Below, one piece after another: positions 30,785-35,177 of a stretch of DNA of 35,177 nucleotides (its first letter is position 1; each line of letters starts with the position of its first letter). A program made the translations under genes and the position numbers. This DNA comes from Chrysochromulina tobinii. Lineage: Eukaryota. The notes under the pieces were generated by a model. That model was not told the origin of the DNA, ran no database searches, and saw only the letters and a program-made list of their open reading frames with translations. The stretch covers positions 1 to 35,177 of the forward strand of contig JWZX01002947.1 of the NCBI GenBank assembly GCA_001275005.1, given 5' to 3'.

Positions 30785-31864
30785 TCAGCTCCATGCCGTT
30801 GAGACTCGCTGCCGGATCGCTTCGAGCCCTACAGGGTGAGGCTCTAATTTGACGATTTCTTCCACAGCTCCATCGGTGGCGTCGAGTTCTCGAGTTGCGC
30901 GCTCGGCGCGACGACCGCCTATGCGCGCATCTTCATCTTCTCGGCCAGCGCGCTCGGCACGACGGCCGCCTAGGTGGGCACCTTCATCTTCTCGGCCAGC
31001 GAGACCAGCGAAACGCTCACTTGCAGGCGCCGTCTCCTCGAGGACGGAGCCGCCCCCTGAAGGTTCGTCAATAGGCTCGTCATCCCGCCGCGCCGAGGAA
31101 TGCGCGTCTCGTCGGGGATGCGTAGGCGGCGGCGGCGGCGCGTTCGGCAGCAGCGGCGGCGGCGCGTCCGGCAGCTGCGCGTCCGGCAGCTGCACGCCCG
31201 GCAGCTGCACGTTCGGCAGGGGCAGAGGCGCTCTCGGCAGCGGAAAGCCGCCGCCGCCGCCGCCGCTGCCACCGCCGCTGTCACTGCTGCCGCTGCCGAA
31301 CACGCCGCCGCCGCTGACTGCCACCGATTGCTGCCATGGCGTCGGGTAGCGTAAGGTGCCACCCGTCAGGCCGGTGCCGTATGAGGGCGATGGCGGCATA
31401 CTCCTGCTCGCCGCCGTCTTGGAGTTGATCGCGACGACCACGCCCATCCCCTGCAGTTCTTGTGTGCGGCGCTCAGTCCAATACACGATGCGCGCCCTGA
31501 GGCCATCCACCCACCTCATGCGCTCCCTCTCGCTCGAGCAGTGCAGCACCACTCGCATGGGCGCCTGCGTGACGCGGAAGCAGTGCAGCAAGCCGGCCGA
31601 ATCCTGGTCAGTCGGAGACAGCGGCGCAACCTCGGAGAGGTCGCTCATCGAGAAGACGATATCTCCCTCCTTGCCCTTCTTCTTCGAGATGTGCATGCGG
31701 CCCTTGTCATCACATACACGCACGTATCGTTGACCCCACTCATTGCCCCAGAAGTCCGTGCCCTTCTGGTGCTTCTTCTGCATCTTGCCCTCGAGCGGCA
31801 CGTTGAGGATGTCTGTCTCCTCGGAGGTCCGTTGATGCAATCGTGGCGACTCTTTGGCGTGCAT
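30785..31864 (-). CDS. PH-domain protein
   Basis: First in-frame ATG at 31864. LEGKMQKK..WGQRYVRV..HCFRV..VVLHCSSERERMRWVDGLR matches the PH fold pattern with the C-terminal helix Trp. Confidence 0.75.
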   Translation of the reverse strand: MHAKESPRLHQRTSEETDILNVPLEGKMQKKHQKGTDFWGNEWGQRYVRVCDDKGRMHISKKKGKEGDIVFSMSDLSEVAPLSPTDQDSAGLLHCFRVTQAPMRVVLHCSSERERMRWVDGLRARIVYWTERRTQELQGMGVVVAINSKTAASRSMPPSPSYGTGLTGGTLRYPTPWQQSVAVSGGGVFGSGSSDSGGGSGGGGGGFPLPRAPLPLPNVQLPGVQLPDAQLPDAPPPLLPNAPPPPPTHPRRDAHSSARRDDEPIDEPSGGGSVLEETAPASERFAGLAGREDEGAHLGGRRAERAGREDEDARIGGRRAERATRELDATDGAVEEIVKLEPHPVGLEAIRQRVSTAWS

Positions 31865-32974
31865 CGTGACGTCCGATCGCAAATACAAGGCTGTAACCTG
31901 CAGCTTTCGCACAGAGCCAAGGGCTGAACGTTCCGTCCCAGCCAGCCCCTTGCCCAGACGGAAGCCGTTTTTGGGTTTCTGATCGTCAAGGAGTCTGTTT
32001 TCGGAAACTCGTGAAGTCGTACGGAAAACAGACTCCTCTTCTTCACCTCCGCGCGCCCCGGGGGCGTCCCGCGCGCGCGACGTGAAAACGTTAGGTTGCC
32101 CCCCGCCCCCCGAAGCCCCGATCCGCGAGGGAGGTCCCTGCCTCGGGCGGACGCGCTGACCCGGCGACCCGCAACGGGACGCCCGCCACGCGCCACCCTC
32201 CAGAGTACTCTCCACCCAGGTGCCGCGGCGCGGGGGCGGGGCGCGCGGGCCAAGCTCGACCCCGGTCAAATCTCAAAACCGGCCGATGTCAACGCGGAGG
32301 GCCCGAGGCGAGGGGTCTCCGAACGACCGAAGCAGCAACTCCGAACTCGAGTACCGTACGCTCCGACGAAGACGATATTTGTAATATGAAATTAATTTTC
32401 AAGAATATCGGAGACGAGCGGCCTCACGCCTTAACGAGAGAGCCTCAGAGCCCTTGCTCAGAAGCCATCAGCATGTCGGCGTTTAGTCGGCGTAATGTCG
32501 GCCGGGCATGTCGCATGTGCGACGGAGAGCACGCGCCTCCGCACGCACGGACACAAGACGCGCACGCACAAACGCGCTCATGATTCTCTAACAACAGTCA
32601 ACACACGGGCACACAGTTGTGGGATAAATGGTGACTCCCCCGCACCAGCCCACGAACGAACTGAACGGGGTGTGACTGTACGAACGCTCGCCATGCGAGG
32701 CGCCTATCTCAGAGTACTGCGCGGATAGGGCGCGGCGCGCGGCAGGGGGACGCGTGGAGGGAGGGCGATGGAGGTGCCCATCACGACGCGAGCCCAATTA
32801 GGAGACGTGTTCCCTCAACTTGACACAAGCTGATGGAGGGGATTATGGTGTGTGCGGTGGGTCCGACCGCTCTGATCCGACTGGAGGCCACGCTGGGCAC
32901 GAGGCGAGGGCACAAGGCGAGAGTGGACTGCGGTGGGGCCAAGCGGGGGGGGGGCATGCCCCGAGGGCGGCGCC

Positions 32975-33126
32975 CCTCACGAGCGCCCCCTCAGCCTCGT
33001 ACGCTCGCGTCCTCACGAGCGCCCCCTCAGCCTCGCACGCTCGCGTCCTCACGAGCGCCCCCTCAGCCTCGTACGCTCGCGTCCTCACGAGCGCCCCCTC
33101 AGCCTCGTACGCTCGCGTCCTCACGA
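32975..33126. repeat. 36-nt minisatellite spanning the MAPK stop codon and 3' UTR
   Basis: CCTCACGAGCGCCCCCTCAGCCTCGTACGCTCGCGT in four copies plus a partial, with one substitution. Confidence 0.95.
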
Positions 33127-34384
33127 TGGCCGTGGGCCGACGCTGTGCGACGGTGGGAGGTCTGTTCGGCGCCGCGCCCGGCCGCCCGCTTTGCTTGGTC
33201 AATCTCCTTGTACAGGAAGTCGCGGTACCTGAGGAGAGAGGCAAGGAGAGGCGCTCAGCGATGCACTCATCGGTACTCGGTTCGGCCATCAGGTGGGCGA
33301 TCATATGCAATCCATGAATGAACATGGGCAATGAAGTAGCGTACATGCTCGTATTCTTCTTCTCATTGTCGTCGATGGGCACCTGAACGCATTTGGCCGC
33401 CTTGCGCTCGACTGCGGGGTCGTGGAACTGGGCGACGTATCGGTGCTCGAGCGCCTGCTCGGCCGTCAGCCGATCATCAGGGTTGAAGCGCAGCAGCTGC
33501 ATCATCAAGTCGATTGCGTCGTCGCTCGTGTCGGCGGGCAGCTTGCGCCGCCAGCGCTCCCGCGCGTCTTCGTCACTCGCGGCCGAGGGCATGCCCTGCA
33601 CTTGCTCGCATAGGGACGGCGCGTACTGGCTCACCTTGGCGATCGCCGCCGCGTCCGGCTTGCCGACGAGCTCCATCACTTTCTCGAGTTGATTCATAGT
33701 TGAGGATCCGGGGAACACGGGCTTGCCCAGGATCATCTCGCCCAAAATACAGCCGACCGACCACATGTCGACGCCAAACGTGTAGCGGCTCGAGCCGAGC
33801 AGGATCTCGGGCGCACGGTACCACCTTGTCGCCACGTAGTCCGTCAGCGGCTGCGGAGGGTCAGTCGAATCCAGCATGGCTCCCGTCGCGGGCGATGCGC
33901 GCAGCGAGCGCGCGAGCCCAAAGTCGGCCACCTTCATCAGGCAGTCCGAGTTGAGGAGGAGATTGGACGGCTTCATGTCGCGGTGAAGGAGCTCGGCCGA
34001 GTGCATGTACTTGAGGGCCTTTAGCGACTGCCACAGAATGTACTGCTTATGAATCTCCTGCAGGATGTTGGCACGGATGGCCGCGTGCAGGTCCGTCTCC
34101 ATGTACTCGAAGATGAGGTAGATGTCGCGGTCATTGTCGGCCTTGAGCACGCTGTGCAGCCGAATGATGTGCTCGTGACTGCTCATCTCGCGAAGCAAGT
34201 GGATCTCGCGAAAGGTCCGCTGCGCGTCCGTCGCATTCTGGAAGGCGTCAAAGATCTTCTTGAGTGCGACGACCTCCTTGGTCTGCTTCGACTGTGCTCT
34301 CCAGACGATGCCGTAGGCGCCCTTGCCGAGCTTCTGCAGGATGTCGTACTTGCGCAGCACATGCCGGTCTATCTCCTCCGACAT
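33099..34384 (-). CDS. MAPK15: Mitogen-activated protein kinase 15 (ERK7/ERK8-type); exons 34384-33345, 33228-33099
   Basis: MSEEIDRHVLRKY, GKGAYGIVW, KKIFDAFQNATDAQRTFREI, HRDMKPSN and TDYVATRWYR. Intron 33344-33229 restores SM|YRDFLYKEI. Confidence 0.92.
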
Positions 34385-34691
34385 TTGGTGATAGGGAGGG
34401 AGCCTCGGCGCGGTGGTAGTCAAGCGCTCAAAGCGCACTCAGGTCCAAAAAGAGGGGCCTTTCCCCACAAACTGCCACACATCGCGTCGTCTTGGGCTCT
34501 CCACTTAATCGTAGACGCCCCGTCGGTTACAACTCCGTCCATTCGTGCATGGAGGTTCCCGTCGACTGTTCCCGTGCATGGTGGATCGCGCGTCGTTTTG
34601 AGCTGCTCAACGTGTGACCTCAAATGCGGCCCTCCACAGATCCCTCCACACTGCTCACGGCGTCTATGGGCGCGAAGGAGGCGCTGTGGAC

Positions 34692-35177
34692 ATGTCTCTC
34701 CCCTCTCTCCCTACTTGCAACTCATGCGACAACGGCGGCGCGTGTGGCATGTGCCTGATGCTTCTCTCTCCGGCGCTCTGCCCCAACCAAACGGTCTCGT
34801 CGGCGCTCCCCAAGTGCTCCATCTCGTCCTACCAACCGAGTGTTCACGAACCGTTCTGCGAGGGCACCGGCTACTGCGGCACAGACAACCAGGCCAACAC
34901 ATGCGCTGGCCTTTACGAGGTCTACCGCTGGGTGCACTGCAACTTTGTGCCGCCGTCGCCTCCGTTTCCACCTCTCCCTCCACCATCACCTCCCTTGGCA
35001 CCTTCTCCGCCGTCGTTGCCGCCGCGCTCGCCGCCCTCACCACCCTCTCCCCCCTCGCCGCCTTCGCCTCCCTATTCTCCGCCGCCCTCGCCTCCGCCCT
35101 CGCCGCCGCCGCCTTCTCCATCGCCCTCCCCTCCGCCTCATCAGCCTCCGTCTCCACCATTGCCCTCGCCACCGCCG
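34692..35177 (+). CDS. Partial gene: Cys-rich domain followed by SPPP-rich linker (open to window end)
   Basis: ATG at 34692 opens MSLPSLPTCNSCDNGGACGMCL...CEGTGYCGTDNQANTCAGLYEVYRWVHCNFVPPSPP with no stop before the window edge, so it is absent from the ORF track. Confidence 0.7.
   Translation, partial: MSLPSLPTCNSCDNGGACGMCLMLLSPALCPNQTVSSALPKCSISSYQPSVHEPFCEGTGYCGTDNQANTCAGLYEVYRWVHCNFVPPSPPFPPLPPPSPPLAPSPPSLPPRSPPSPPSPPSPPSPPYSPPPSPPPSPPPPSPSPSPPPHQPPSPPLPSPPP

Noticed and set aside
31865..32269. N-terminal extension of the PH-domain ORF from a non-ATG start
   Set aside because: No ATG before 31864 and the sequence looks like GC-rich promoter/UTR.
32975..33126. CRISPR-like array (36-nt repeats)
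   Set aside because: Repeats are head-to-tail with no unique spacers and there are no cas genes. The same holds for the 21-nt and 126-nt coding repeats.
9885..34384. Functional signalling gene cluster (kinases, PP4, EF-hand, PH)
   Set aside because: These families are abundant in eukaryotic genomes, and co-location is not evidence without synteny or co-expression.
34711..35172. Minus-strand 153-aa Ala/Glu-rich ORF
   Set aside because: Antisense shadow of the plus-strand Cys-rich/SPPP gene starting at 34692.

Overview
GC-rich, gene-dense eukaryotic nuclear DNA. A haptophyte-like alga is inferred from the PPSPP-rich proteins, a signal peptide followed by 'FAP', and short spliceosomal introns; the organism is not proven. 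Twelve protein-coding loci are supported: a thioredoxin-NMNAT/NadD-like fusion, a membrane-anchored SAM methyltransferase, a RING/RBR-like + armadillo gene whose frame continues through two TAG codons into a PABP-type MLLE domain, a CAMK-like kinase with IQ motifs, a frameshifted TPR gene, the PP4 catalytic subunit, a single-chain cyclic-nucleotide-binding + PKA-type kinase, a repeat/Pro-rich membrane protein, a HAD hydrolase, an EF-hand protein, a PH-domain protein and MAPK15. A thirteenth, Cys-rich/Pro-rich gene runs off the right end. The most striking signal is a family of unusual introns. They consist of near-perfect copies of their own flanking exon sequence (twice including a copy of the spliced exon-exon junction), CTGATTG/CTGATGA micro-repeats, and a 20-nt 3' module (CTGATTGCCTCCCTCATCAG) shared between unrelated genes. 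This looks like a recently active intron-generating process with possible recursive splice points. The 2-7 kb region also holds several motif-dense non-coding islands: a CTCGACA array, a telomere-like G4 tract, GNA-triloop hairpin repeats and GTGAAA/TTTCAC repeats. All intron calls are manual, based on GT/GC-AG ends and restoration of the reading frame.
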